Source of the DNA: Cirrosporium novae-zelandiae
Taxonomy: Eukaryota
NCBI GenBank assembly: GCA_026023565.1
Contig: JAPETS010000031.1
Span: 124,001 to 188,000, forward strand
Reading direction: 5' to 3'
Length of the DNA: 64,000 nt
Each line of letters opens with the position of its first letter. Position 1 is the first letter of the stretch. This document shows, one piece after another, positions 37,788-50,000 of the stretch. A program made the translations under genes and the position numbers. The notes beneath the pieces were generated by a model. It ran no database searches. It saw only the letters and a program-made list of their open reading frames with translations, and was not told where the DNA came from.

Positions 37788-39295
37788 ATGGCCAATTCTA
37801 TGACTATTGAGATATGGGCTCTTTATACTATAGGGCTCCTCATATTTTTTCTTCGCTTTGTTGCACGGTTGAAAATTGTCGGACTTAGAGGTTGGCAATG
37901 GGATGATATCTTTGCTATAATTGCACTGGTAATTTGATGCTCGACTCATTTGGAGATTAGAACTTGACTATTGAGATTATCTAGGTCATGAGCACCCTTC
38001 AGACAGTTATGATAAGCCTTGTTGGTATGCTCTTCTTGAACCTCTCGGAAGGTCCTCCCACCATATTAATCTCTTATAGACAAGTACGGAAGCAGTGTCG
38101 GCATTCCCGATGATGTTCGATTAACACTTTCGCCAGCGAGAATCCAGAGATTCGCTACCGGATCCAAATATGCTAATACTGCCTTTTTTGCCTATATTTT
38201 CTTAATTTACTCCCTAAAGGGATGTGCGATATTCTTATACATGCGAATCACGTACGCTTAGTTATATTCCTATCTTACAGAAAATGAGTTGTCGCTGAAT
38301 AGTCATTAGGCTTGGTCTAACCCAGCAAAGGATTGTCAGATGGAATGGTATTCTTTGTATCGTGGCCTTCATCGCATGCATTCTAGCGTTCGTTTTGCCA
38401 TGCCGACCTTTTAGCAAACGCTTCCAAGTGACCCCGAACCCTGGCAGTCAGTCGCCCCTTAGTTCCATGTCTATCCGTGTATGCTAAGCTCTTCTAGTTG
38501 AATGCACTAGCGCCATAGAAGCATACTATACCATCACCACGACCAACGTATTGTATGGCTATGTTTCATGCTGACCTACAACTTGCTAATCGCTTCACAG
38601 TACTGACTTGGTTCTTGTTTGTATTCCTTTGCCCCTGCTTTGGAGAGTCAAACTAGACCTGCGCAAGTAAGTTCTTCGCTTCTATACCTGAACCAGTGCT
38701 AATATTAGGTTCAGAAAAATAATGGTAGGCATAATACTTTGCTCGGGAATCTTCGTCGTTGTTGCAGCAATCCTCCGTTGTTATTTTTCGATTGTGAGCA
38801 TCGCTGAACTTTCAAATGCTGTTCGCTGGGCACTTAGAGAAAGTGTAATTATCCCCGGCATTGTCTTACTGGGTAGTAACTGACACATAAATCCACTAGT
38901 TCGTTGCTATTACCGCTGTGAATGCACCCGCAATCCGGCCTCTCTTCTCCCCACAGAGATGGCTAAGCTCCTCTGGACAATACTCTAACCAGCGTCGCTC
39001 AAATGCATACGAACTCTCTGGTTCTACGCAAGTCAAGCATGAAAGTTGGTTACCTAACAAAAGTCGCGTTCGCCCAAATGTCATCCCACTACAAAGCCAC
39101 GCCAGCGAGGAGCAGATAGTAATGTCTGGGAGGGTCGATGATAGGGCTAGCACTATTAGCTCCGATACTAATGGCGAACGAATAGATATGGGAGGCAATA
39201 CTAGAGCGTCTCATACGGTCAAAACGAGTGAGGAGCTGGCTTCTAGGGGAGAAGCCGAGGTACCGAGCTCGAGGGGATGGGGAGCAGGCGTTTGA
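37788..39295 (+). CDS. PTH11-like integral membrane protein (fungal rhodopsin-type 7TM, no CFEM), 8 exons
   Basis: Largely missed by the ORF track. MANSMTIEIWALYTIG..LRFVARLKIVGLRGWQWDD; YSLKG..LYMRIT; CRPF; TDLVLVCIPLPLLWRVKL; SGIFVVVAAILR; WALRES; NAPAIRPLF; seven short GT-AG introns keep the frame. Confidence 0.88.
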
Positions 39296-40129
39296 TTAAG
39301 CTAAATTTTGAAATTATCGAGTTGCATTGCCCAATTTTTTAGGGTATGGGTACCCAAGACACACGAAGCTTAAAGAAAGGCAGGTTCCAGGCTCCCAGGA
39401 CGGGGAGGCAAGGGTTCTATACGGACCCGGAGCCTTTGCGGGAAGAGACTAATAAATACCTCTGAGGTAACTAGAGAGGCATCTAATGGGGATACCTCCT
39501 GCGAACAGTGATTTAAGGCTTGACTTTCTGACTCAGGATCAGTAAAAGAATTAAAGGGGCTATGATATTCATATAATCACAGTAAGTGAACTCAAATCAC
39601 AAGAGTCCCTCCCCAACATATCGAGATTCGCACATGTCCTTCCTTCACGTTCCTATGCATCTCACAGCCTATCACCTTGGAAATTGCCTTGGCATGGAAT
39701 TTCATTTGACTAACACGCAGACATCATAGGACTGAACTGTGCTTAAAATAAGGGGCTGATATTGGCAGTGGAAAATGTTATGGATCAGATCAACCTTGCA
39801 CGACACTTAACCAGCTATACTATAATAGTCTAACAAAAATAATGATACTTTCGAGAATGCTCGATAAGGAGAATAGGCTCCAAGCTTGTACATTGTAAAC
39901 CAAATGCTAAATTGCATATATATTTATTCATAAATTAAATAGCGTAAGCTGATTAGTGAAGTCGGAAACTCACAATTGTGCCAGATAAATCGACTCACCG
40001 CCTTTGGTATCAAGCTATCCCCAACGTCCTACGTTGCTACAACGAGCATGTTTCATGCGTCTAGACACGTAGAACAAATTCCCCCTCAATTATTCATCGG
40101 CTATATATAAACAACTTACGATACCTATA

Positions 40130-41242
40130 ATGAGGCTTTCAAAATCGTCAGGCCCTCAATTCGACCCACAACAACAATCACGCCTCCCCCCAGCTCCACC
40201 ACTTGCCATGTCCTCGACAACAGCAAACCCAGCCTCCAGCACCCCCCTCCCACAAGCCAACACCACTACCACCACAACGGCCCTCCCACACCCAATCACC
40301 CCCGCACCTCCACACCACCCACACCCAAAACTCCTCCTCCACTGTCCAGAGCTCACACACCCAGGCGCACACATATTCTTCACCTGCCTCCCCCCGACAT
40401 CCTCACCGCCCGCAGCCCTCGCCTCGGCAATCACCCACAGCCTCACGCACCTCTACACGCCGCACCCGCAACCCAACATCCACGTGCCCCAAATCCGCTC
40501 CATAAGTCTGTACCTCCGCCCCCTACCACACCAAGTCGCCTACACCACGGGCACAGACCTAGACCCAGATTTCCACAAGGAAATCCACCTCTCCCTCTGG
40601 TACGTCGCAACCAAGCATCGCGAATTCCACAAAGCCAACTGCCAGTTCTCGGGATGCCCTGCCAATTGTGGTAATGATAACGACGATAGCGCGCAGGGCT
40701 GGGATGTCTGTGGTGATGGGAAGGTCAGGGCGTTGGTTAGGCATGAGATTTTGGGCGTCTTGACTCATGAGGTCGTGCATACCTTGCAGTTTAATGGGAA
40801 GGGATCTGCACCCGGCGGGTTCATTGAGGGTGTGGCTGATTTCGTGAGATTGAGAGCTGGGTTGGCGCCTGCGCATTGGGGAGAGCCGCCTGTAGGTCCT
40901 CCGAAAAAAGAGAACCAGATGGAAGATACGGCTACGGGTACAGCTACAACCACAGCCACAGCCACAACATCAGCACTCCCCCCCGGAATGCTACCACCCC
41001 ATGACGAACCCCCCACCACCTCCAAAACCACATCCGAAAAATGGGACGCCGGATACCAACACACAGCGTATTTCCTAAACTGGCTTGACCAGCGAGCCTT
41101 TGGCGGCGACCGCGTCGTGCACAGGATGAATCAGTTTTTGGCTCAGAATAGATATGAGGAGAGGGGGTTTTGGGAGGGGTGTTGTGGGAGAGATGTTGGG
41201 GTGCTTTGGAGGAGGTATTTGGGGGAGAGAGAGGGGACGTGA
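40130..41242 (+). CDS. BSP / 'peptidase of plants and bacteria' family zinc metallopeptidase-like protein
   Basis: VAYTTG, KEIHLSL, EILGVLTHEVVHTLQ (HExxH), APGGFIEGVADFVRL, WDAGYQHTAYFLNWL; the start may instead be the second ATG (about 40208, MSSTTAN). Confidence 0.88.
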   Translation: MRLSKSSGPQFDPQQQSRLPPAPPLAMSSTTANPASSTPLPQANTTTTTTALPHPITPAPPHHPHPKLLLHCPELTHPGAHIFFTCLPPTSSPPAALASAITHSLTHLYTPHPQPNIHVPQIRSISLYLRPLPHQVAYTTGTDLDPDFHKEIHLSLWYVATKHREFHKANCQFSGCPANCGNDNDDSAQGWDVCGDGKVRALVRHEILGVLTHEVVHTLQFNGKGSAPGGFIEGVADFVRLRAGLAPAHWGEPPVGPPKKENQMEDTATGTATTTATATTSALPPGMLPPHDEPPTTSKTTSEKWDAGYQHTAYFLNWLDQRAFGGDRVVHRMNQFLAQNRYEERGFWEGCCGRDVGVLWRRYLGEREGT

Positions 41243-41726
41243 GGAGGGGATGTGGGGAGTGAGTGGGAAAGGGGAGGGGGGTTGGGTAGAACAGACTTTG
41301 ATTTTGGGCTAGTTACTTACTGGTAGAGGGTATAGAGTAGAGTAGCTTGGCTAGATTATGAGGTGGATGTACTCTCGATGCGATACCAATATAATGTGAT
41401 ATGACATGATACGATACGATTACAATCCCAATCCCATCCCCTCATAACTGAAGAAAAAAATGAATCAACATTTGTAGGATTTGGTAGTAGTAGCAAGTTG
41501 CATCTCTAGTAAAAAGCTACCCTTTTTGTTCTTTCCGAGGCTGCTGTATTGGCATTGGCATTGGCATAGGTGTGGTGTAGGCATGGGTCCCATCATCCGT
41601 CAAACAATCATCATCCCATAGCCCTAGAACCATCATCATGCTAACCCCCACGCACAAAGCCCAAGTCCAAGCATAAGCCCAAAGCACAAGAAAAATCCTC
41701 CCCCACACCTATAACCCATACTCCCG

Positions 41727-42758
41727 TTAACGGCTCTTAGCCGCAACCTTACTAGGCGCGCCCTTAGCACCCTGCTTGCTCTGAATCCTGCCCGTCTGTC
41801 CCCTAGCCGCACCAGCCGCACTCTTCGCCTTCTCCATCTTCTTCTTCGATTCCGCAGCGGTTTTCTTTTCTTTTCCTTCTTTGATGGCGGCGGCGCGGGC
41901 GGCAGCGCGGGCTTCGGGTCGCATGGAGCGCTTTTCTTTGATTACGTCTAGGGAGGCGCCGACGATGGCGCGTTGGTGCTTCACGGTTCGGCGGGTGCGC
42001 TTTTTGGCTACTTCCTATAATGGGGGAGGAGGGGTTAGAAGGGTGTGAGTTTGAGGGGGTGGGGAAGGATGGAAGGAGGAGGGGTTTTGAGGGAGAGGGA
42101 GAGGGGAGTTCAAGGAGGGAGGTCTCTTTTTTTGGAAGAGATACATCCCTATCTGAGCTTCTGGAAGTCATCACAAAGTAGCCATGATGATTTATTCCAT
42201 TGCCCTCCCCCCATTCTCTCCTCTAATGACCCCGATTCTAATCCTCATAGATATAGAAATAACAAAATCACACGTACCTCAGAGATACCCTTCTTGTGTT
42301 GTCTTCTGTAGAGGACAGTCCATGCAATTCGGCGAGGGTTCTTGCGCTGGAGGAAAAGGGATTCGGATTTGCCATTTTGGAATCGGAAGATTTTGCTGTC
42401 GCCGCGGATGTAGAGCTTCCCCTATTTGTGCGCAAATAGTGAGTTAGATAGTTGGCTAACACGGTTCTTATTTCTTTTTTTCGGTTGGAGGTTGGCGATT
42501 GGGTTTGAGGTCCTAGAGCTATAAGGGGATATGATGTGGTGTCTATTGTCTTCTTCTTTCTGGTCGATAGCATAGCTGCAGTATAACTCTTCACTTGTAA
42601 AGGTGTAGTTGGGACTGGATTTCTGCCTGCCGGCCTGCCATCTCGCCATCGCTATCGCCAATCTCTCATATATCCACTCAGTACAAAAGGAAACCAAATG
42701 AGCATACCTTGCCGGGGTAGATCTTCTGACCGCTGAAAGAGTCTTCGTAGGTACGCAT
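41727..42758 (-). CDS. RPL24: 60S ribosomal protein L24 (eL24), 3 exons
   Basis: [17 protein letters not shown] / [48 protein letters not shown] / [22 protein letters not shown]; introns 42422-42707 and 42015-42277. Confidence 0.97.
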
Positions 42759-43350
42759 CTTGATGGTCGATCAAAGATAAATGGGATGCGTAGCCTGTTG
42801 TGGTTGTGCAATGGACGTCGAGTTGTTGGCGCTGGTCAATGACGTTTCTCGGTTTGGCCTACTTTGGTGGTTGAAGTGCGTCATGTGACGTTGGATGCCC
42901 TGACACTTTTCCTACGGAGTTGGGGCTGAGCGAGAACTTCAAAGTGGCAAGTTTGGGAATGCTGGGATTGATCTTTTAGTTTGCTATCTTATTGATTGTT
43001 GACTTGAACGTCCTACATGATTATGAGAATCATCTTCATCAGGTTTATTATTAGCTAAAGTTATTCGTAAATATGCTAATAAAATATATTTGTCCCTTTT
43101 GTGTACCGTTTCTCTAAAAAATATAGCAAGTATCAGCCGGAGAACTGGAAAGTTCAGCCTTTGCTTTTCCTTTTAGCTAATGGGTATCATAAACCTCTAC
43201 CCGCTCCTATTCCATAACAGCAACCGATAAAAATACATTCTCTCCTTCGCAACAGCTAGTCCTTCACAAATAATAAGCATACAAGCAATCATACCAGTTG
43301 TAGGAGTTGTGTAACCCAGAGCTCTCGGTGTGAGCATCTAGATAACCCTA

Positions 43351-44589
43351 TTAGCCGTGCCAATCGCATACTTTCCACGGTTGCGGTTTGCATTCTGTGC
43401 ACTGGAGGTCCCGGCATAATATAGCAGGGCATCTCCCGCAGCAATTAGGGCATACCATCTTTTTGCATTGCTCAGTTGTGCACATCAGAAAGGTTGTTTG
43501 CTCTTTTGGCATAAGGTATTCGATTTTTTCGAGGTCTCTCAATTGCTGTATTTTCATCTGCCTCCAGTCCATGTCTATGCTCGAGGCGTTTGTCACGTCA
43601 AGGAGGTCCTGATGGACACAGCAAGGCGCTTCACAGATGGCACAGTGGCCTCCACAGACTTTGCACCATAGGTTCCTAGAATCCCATGCCCTCTCAGTAC
43701 TGGGGTGCTTAATGACTGATATTTCGGGATCGATTGACACCGGATCGCAGCCATGTATCATTCGTTGTTCTAATATTAATAATTCCGAACTGTTCGAAAG
43801 CTCGTAGTCGTTGGGTTCCTATATATATATCAGCCTCGACCAGTAACAACAAATTCTAAGCCTAGTGACCTCAGCAATGGTGGAAGTGGAACTATCTTTG
43901 GGCCATCTACAGCATTTGCCCTTCCTAGGCCTTTTTATCATTTTCTTCCCACCTAAGCCTAGGTCACCAGCATCCTAGACCTACGTAAATACAAGCATTG
44001 ACAATAGGTAGGATAAACTGACTTCATCCTCTGCCTCATCGTCCCCAACTAATACAGGTGTTCGGCTATCGAATGGGCTAGCACTTGAGGACCGAAAATC
44101 ATCTTTCGATGGCCTCCTATAGATAGAACTATGTGGAGTAGAGGATGGAACAAGGGCTGTATCCTCGCCAGAACTACTGCTCCGGAGGGAAGAGATAGCA
44201 AGGGAGCTAGTGGAGCGGCTGACATTCTCATATGGCGTTAGAGGGCAATCGAGTGTATTGTCTTTTGTAAATATTTTCTTGACTTTTTCCAAAAGATTAT
44301 TCTTGTTTTTTATCTCTGCCTTTACACCCTCGACATCACTGCTATCAAGACTTTTCGGAGCGGTCTCGAGATTATCAATTTCACGATCGATATTCCTTGG
44401 CTTTACCCCCGTAGATGGTATGGTGTTCGGCAGTAACCGAGGAGGTAATTCATTTTTGGATAGGGGGCTTTCTGGGTTAGATTCTTGGACGGAAATGACT
44501 TTGGAATTGTGTTAGCCAGGTTCTGCTTAGAGGCTCTCAATAACCATTAGCAAAATTCTGCTCTCACCTTTCTTAGCTTCTTCCTCCAT
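43351..44589 (-). CDS. Hypothetical protein with disordered N-terminus and Cys-rich (17 Cys) C-terminal putative zinc-binding domain, 4 exons
   Basis: MEEEAKK exon at 44589 splices in frame to ORF 43981-44292, then to a short exon (DAGDLGLGGKKMIKRPRKGKCCRWP) and to ORF 43351-43761 (CxxC/CC clusters, ends CDWHG). Confidence 0.7.
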
Positions 44590-45612
44590 GATGCACAATG
44601 CATGTAAGAATCCGCATCCACTTCAAAAGCTATCCGATAGGGCTATAGTTGAGGTTCCTGTGGGAAGTGGTCTAGGCTCTGTCTACCTGAGAGATGAGAC
44701 TAGCCGATCTAGTTTTGTCATTCATAAAGGAGCCTTTAGGCTGGTGGGGGTATTCCGTAGAGGAAGGAAGCTTCCAGAGGTTGAAGTGATGGATGCTGTT
44801 AAGAAACTTAGGCTTAGTTCTTTAGTTGCACCGCAACGAACAGCAGGTGCTTTACCTCCTGTGATAATTAGTATATCCTTGAATACCAGCGATGTCTTTC
44901 ATACGTCAGGAGAATGGCACAATCATTAGATTTTGACCAAGTAATCCCATCGGCTTACATTCTTATCAATGACACCTAATATGCTGTTTAGAACGCCTTG
45001 TTCCACCTAAATCATATAAAATATCTTCATGGGGGCTTACTGGTGTCTCTATCACCTAAAGTCACATATTAGAGTAAATAGGTAACACCTACTTTACAAG
45101 CCATAAAATCGTCTCATATACATGACCCAATGTAATAGTTACAGCCAGTAAGCTCTTTCCATACTATTCAAAAGTCCAAACAAATGAAATGATCCATTAA
45201 GTGTTAGGGGGGGCATGATTGTTCCTTCTGCTTGAAATGCAAAGCATAGATGCCAGCACTAAACAACTGAACATTTCGATAGCTTAGAAAGATGTTAAGA
45301 ATATTGGTCAGTCTTTCCGGTGAAATAGTCCATGCCATCATAAAGAGTTTAATAAAACGATCTAATAGAGATGCAGATATCGAAATTAGAGGGCTCAAAA
45401 GGACGTTGAGAAATCAAAGAAAGCCTTGATCTTCATAACGCCACTTCTATTCTCTTAGTAGCGTAGAATACTCTGGATTCTGAAAACAAGGAAGCAATCG
45501 TCCAAAACATCTAAACATACGATAGACCCCAAACCCTAGCGCCGCATGCCTATGTGAAAAGTCGTCGAAACCAGTTCGTGTTAACAGCTTCAAAGCCTGG
45601 TAATTTCGTCCA

Positions 45613-46228
45613 TTATACCATTGCATGGGTTCGGGTCCATTCCCTAGCGGTTTGGATCGCCGCAGGTTCATCCTCCTTCCAACGTTGAGCAACATCGTTT
45701 GCTAGAGGGTCATCTGGATTTGGAGCTCCTAGTAAAGCTTGAATAGATAGCAAGATCGTACGTATTTGAAGGGCAGGGGACCAGTTGCCTGTATTGTGTT
45801 AGCTATATTGTCTAAGGCTTAGTGTGGTATTGAGTAATACTCTTAAGAACGTCCAAACATATCCGTCCAAGCTTGTCAATGTTGGGGTGATAGATCTTGG
45901 TCAAGAATCGGACTTTGGGAGGAGTCATTGGATAGTCGTCAGGGAGAAATAACTCGAGCTTGAATATACCACCTACATAGTCATTTAGAATCCTATCATA
46001 ATCGGGAAGGGGTAGCAAATACCTTCATAGGGAGAAGAAGAAGGGCCGTGGATCCTGACGTCAAAATATCTAAGATTGTCTTCATGCGGTATGGCGCTAA
46101 TACCCGGCACTCTTATCATTCCATCATATCAGCATAGGCGTATGAAACCATTCCAGCATGATGGAAGTAGCATACGGTTCTGCCATGAGACGCTCTGTCT
46201 CTTTGATAATTCGTTTAGGTAAGGCCAT
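45613..46228 (-). CDS. UBC13: Ubiquitin-conjugating enzyme E2 Ubc13, 4 exons
   Basis: [18 protein letters not shown] / [18 protein letters not shown] / [28 protein letters not shown] / [33 protein letters not shown]. Confidence 0.97.
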
Positions 46229-47016
46229 TTTGTCAAATCTTCGAAACAGGGCAATGCGAAAGTCGACAAAAACGATGTAGAGATGATGCTAAAGACTGCA
46301 GGAAGTGGGAATTCTCTTATACAAAGAAATGCTGATTAGTAGATGAATACCTACTAGTGAATTCGATTGGGAAAGTGGGATGGGTGAGTGAATACCTTAA
46401 GGTAGGATAAGGCGAGATGATATGAATAGGTTGAAACCAAGGGTAAACTAAGTAAAAACCAACTGAGTGCCTAAGCTAGGCGCATTATTATACTATCGAC
46501 GAAATGTAGAGTAATATTCCCAAGGTTTGAGTGATTTTGCCAAGGCACTGTAGAAGATAGAAAGCCCACAACTCCAGTGGATGCACGTGGTTAACACTGT
46601 TATGTTTCTTTCTTTCATCCGACCCCACCAGTGCACCAGTCCAGTATTGTACTTGTACTGTACTATACTATACCAAACGGAGCCATGGCCTGTGGCTTGC
46701 CGGCCGATCACCAAGAAATTCCATCCCCCGGGAGCTCTTCAACTTTCCATACAGACCACATCTCGTGTACCATAGCACCATAGTTATTTGGTACCATTCA
46801 TGCCTGTTGATTTGAGCTTTATTAATTCGATGAATGGATTCAAGTTACACTCCTTTCGGCCCTTTACCTCATAATAGCCACCATTGATTACTTGGGAACC
46901 CGAAATGCCTGCCATCTGGACCAAATTCAAGGAAGATAATTGCTTGAATCCTGGTTGAGAATATCCGGAGAGGTGCTTGGGCATTTTGCACTAGAAGTAC
47001 AATAAATTTGGAGAAT

Positions 47017-50000
47017 ATGGATGCTTCTGGGAAACCAAAGGGGCCTTCATCGGCCTTCGAAAGTCCCACATTTGGTGAAGACAGCTCCTTTCGAGTCCAG
47101 CAGCCTGTCGGTTCCATGTCAATATCACCATGTGGTCGAGATGTTGTTCTAGCTTCGTACATCCCCCCCATATATACACAAAGATGCTTAGATTTTGCTA
47201 ACTTCCGTCATATATAGGAGGGCAGGCCTTCATATTGTCGATCTTGACTCACCTTACTCTCCGCCAAGATTCCTCCCTCACCATACCATGTGGGAAGTCG
47301 CAGACGTTCAATGGTCACCTTTTTCGGCAAGGGATAGTTGGGTGGTTAGCACCTCTAACCAGAAAGCCCTTGTATGGAACCTAGAAATGAAAAGCCCCGA
47401 AGATTCTATAGAATATGTTCTGCATGGACACTCGCGAGCTATTACAGATATAAACTTCTCTGCACACCGTCCTGAGATATTGGCAACATGTGCTGTTGAT
47501 AGTTTTGTTCATTGCTGGGATCTTCGGTCACCCTTACGGCCAGTCTTGACTTTTTCCGATTGGTTTGCCGGCGCGACCCAGGTGAAATGGAACAGACTAA
47601 ATCCGCATATTATTGCATCCTCCCACGACAAGTATCTACGCATATGGGATGATCGAAAGGGGGCTTATCCATTGAAATCGATTGAAGCACATGATACAAA
47701 AATTTATGGACTAGACTGGAATAGATTTCGCGAAACGGCAATAGTCACCTGCTCATTGGACAAAACCATTAAATTTTGGGATTATACAAATACCGATGAT
47801 GAACCGGAGCCAGAAAGGGTTATAAAAACGCCTTTTCCAGTCTGGAGAGCTAGATACACCCCTTTTGGCCGAGGGTTGTTGGCTATGCCGCAGCGAGGAG
47901 ACAATGATTTATATCTTTACCATCGGGACCTGGGTGATGGTATGCCAAAGGTTGATACGGTTACCCCAGCTCATAGCTTCCCCGGACATCAAGACCAAGT
48001 TAAAGAGTTTGTTTGGCGGAGTAGAGGGTCGATAGCCGATGACCGAGTTGATAATCGAGAATTCCAGCTAGTATCCTGGGGTAAAGATCAATATCTTCGC
48101 CTCCATCATGTGGATAAGTCTATCATGCAATCGGTTGGCTATGAGATTGGGACCAAGGTTAAGGAAATACCAAAATTATCACGAGATGGGGCAGCTTACA
48201 GGACCTTTCGAGATGATCCCGAATCTGCCACTCCACAGGGAACTTCATCTAACAATTATAGTCACTTGGAGGCATCCAGGTCATCTGGCTCGGGAATGTT
48301 GGGGACTGGTATGAATAAGATACAAATTCCTCTTGCCCGGAGCTGGATTGGTGGAGGTTTAGCCAGCACGCGAACAGGGATGCACGGGCGAGTGAATGTT
48401 CGACAAGATGCCAATCCAATTGCTTGGATGAGGGGCGTGAAAATTGGTAGACGGGACCACGTTGGGTATGGCCGACATGGAAATCTACGATACGGCAGGC
48501 AAGGAAGCATTAATACTCACGTCGAATGGGACCGTATCGAAAGCTTGGGGGACGAAATTACTTATGTCGGCGACAAGTTTACAAGAGTGGATTTTGAATC
48601 CGTTAACATTCACAGTAGGACTGCCACAGCTACTATGAATGGACCATGGGGGGTGAACGGTGAATCAATCTTTATAAAAGTTAATATGGATTTTCCTCAG
48701 GACTATCCAGAGAAAGAGCTACCCAAGTTCACGCTTGAGCAGACTGCTTCCTTAACGGAGGATATTGTTTCTAAAATAACTGCGGAAGTTAAGACAATAT
48801 CTAAAGCTTACGTCAAGCAGAAGCAAGGATGTCTCGAAGCTGTTCTTCGTTATTTACTAGGCGAGTGTGACCTCGAGAATAGTATTGCATGGTTTCGCGA
48901 TGAAGTTCCCGACGAGCCCGAAGGTCTTACTGAGGACGTTGCAAGTTCAAGCGACGAAGATGATGGACCAGGCAACTTCCAAACCCATGGTCTTGATATG
49001 AGCGGGTCTGGGTCCTTGGGTGTTGCAAATGTTAGTGCCAATGTTCCTATACCGAAGAGATGCGGTGCTGTTTGGGCAAAAGATGGGCGCTTGGTATGCT
49101 TCTTTCCGCCCAAAATTAGTGATTTCTCCCTTCTGTCTAATCCATTGCCACTGAAAGACGGCGATCGATCATCTAAGAGCGAGCGGATATTTGAAGGGTT
49201 TGGCCGCTTTTCTTCTGGATCACCTGGGCCAAGTTTACGGAAAAGCAATATACGCTCTATGGATGATGAGAGCTCTGAATCGTCTGATGATTCTTTTACG
49301 TCGTCGTCCTCGAGCTCTTCAGAATCCTCGGAGCTTACTGCAACGCTTCCGGATCGCTACCAACCCCCGTACCCATGGCGAGGGGGGGTTGACTTGCAGC
49401 AATCTCAGATAACGGATTTATCGCAGCGATCGGAATCTGGGATTGGACTTTCTCGATCAACACCATCGACTGGGCAAGTAGTAGTGTCACTTCGCAACTT
49501 TCAGGCTCTCCTTCCTGCCAAGCCAATACTGGCAAAAGAGTATAAGATATTTGGACAGGGGCCGGACGTGGCAAAACATAATTCTGGCGTAGCTGCCAAA
49601 CATGGGAATGAAAACCTGGCAAAGATATGGGATTTCATAGGGCTTATTTTACATAACAAGGTCCCTCTCACTATTGCTCCAGAACCTGACGGGTTTGAGG
49701 ATGTTCTTGTGATGGCGAAAAGTAGTTTAGGTATTCTACTGGGAATGGAAAACGGGGCTGCCCTACCTTCCGATAGTGAGAGCCAGTCATCAAAAACGGT
49801 TACACATGGACGAGTTCGCTGGGGTCAAAGCCCTCTAGGAGGCCGGTGGTTTGTGAACGCTCTGTAAGTTCAAGATCATTGATTGTTGTTTTCGAGGGCT
49901 AACCATTTCAGTTTCGACCATTTTGAACGTCTCGGGGATGTTCAAATGCTGGCGATGATGTCTTGCATCTTCACCGAAGCTAAGGCCGAGGAACATAATT

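Noticed and set aside
37801..37977. 13-bp direct repeat TGACTATTGAGAT (contains CTATTGAG) in PTH11-like exon 1 and intron 1
   Set aside because: Only two copies, one coding and one overlapping the branch region; not enough to call regulatory.
42150..42190. Box C-like GTGATGA in RPL24 intron 2
   Set aside because: No downstream CTGA box D on the sense strand.
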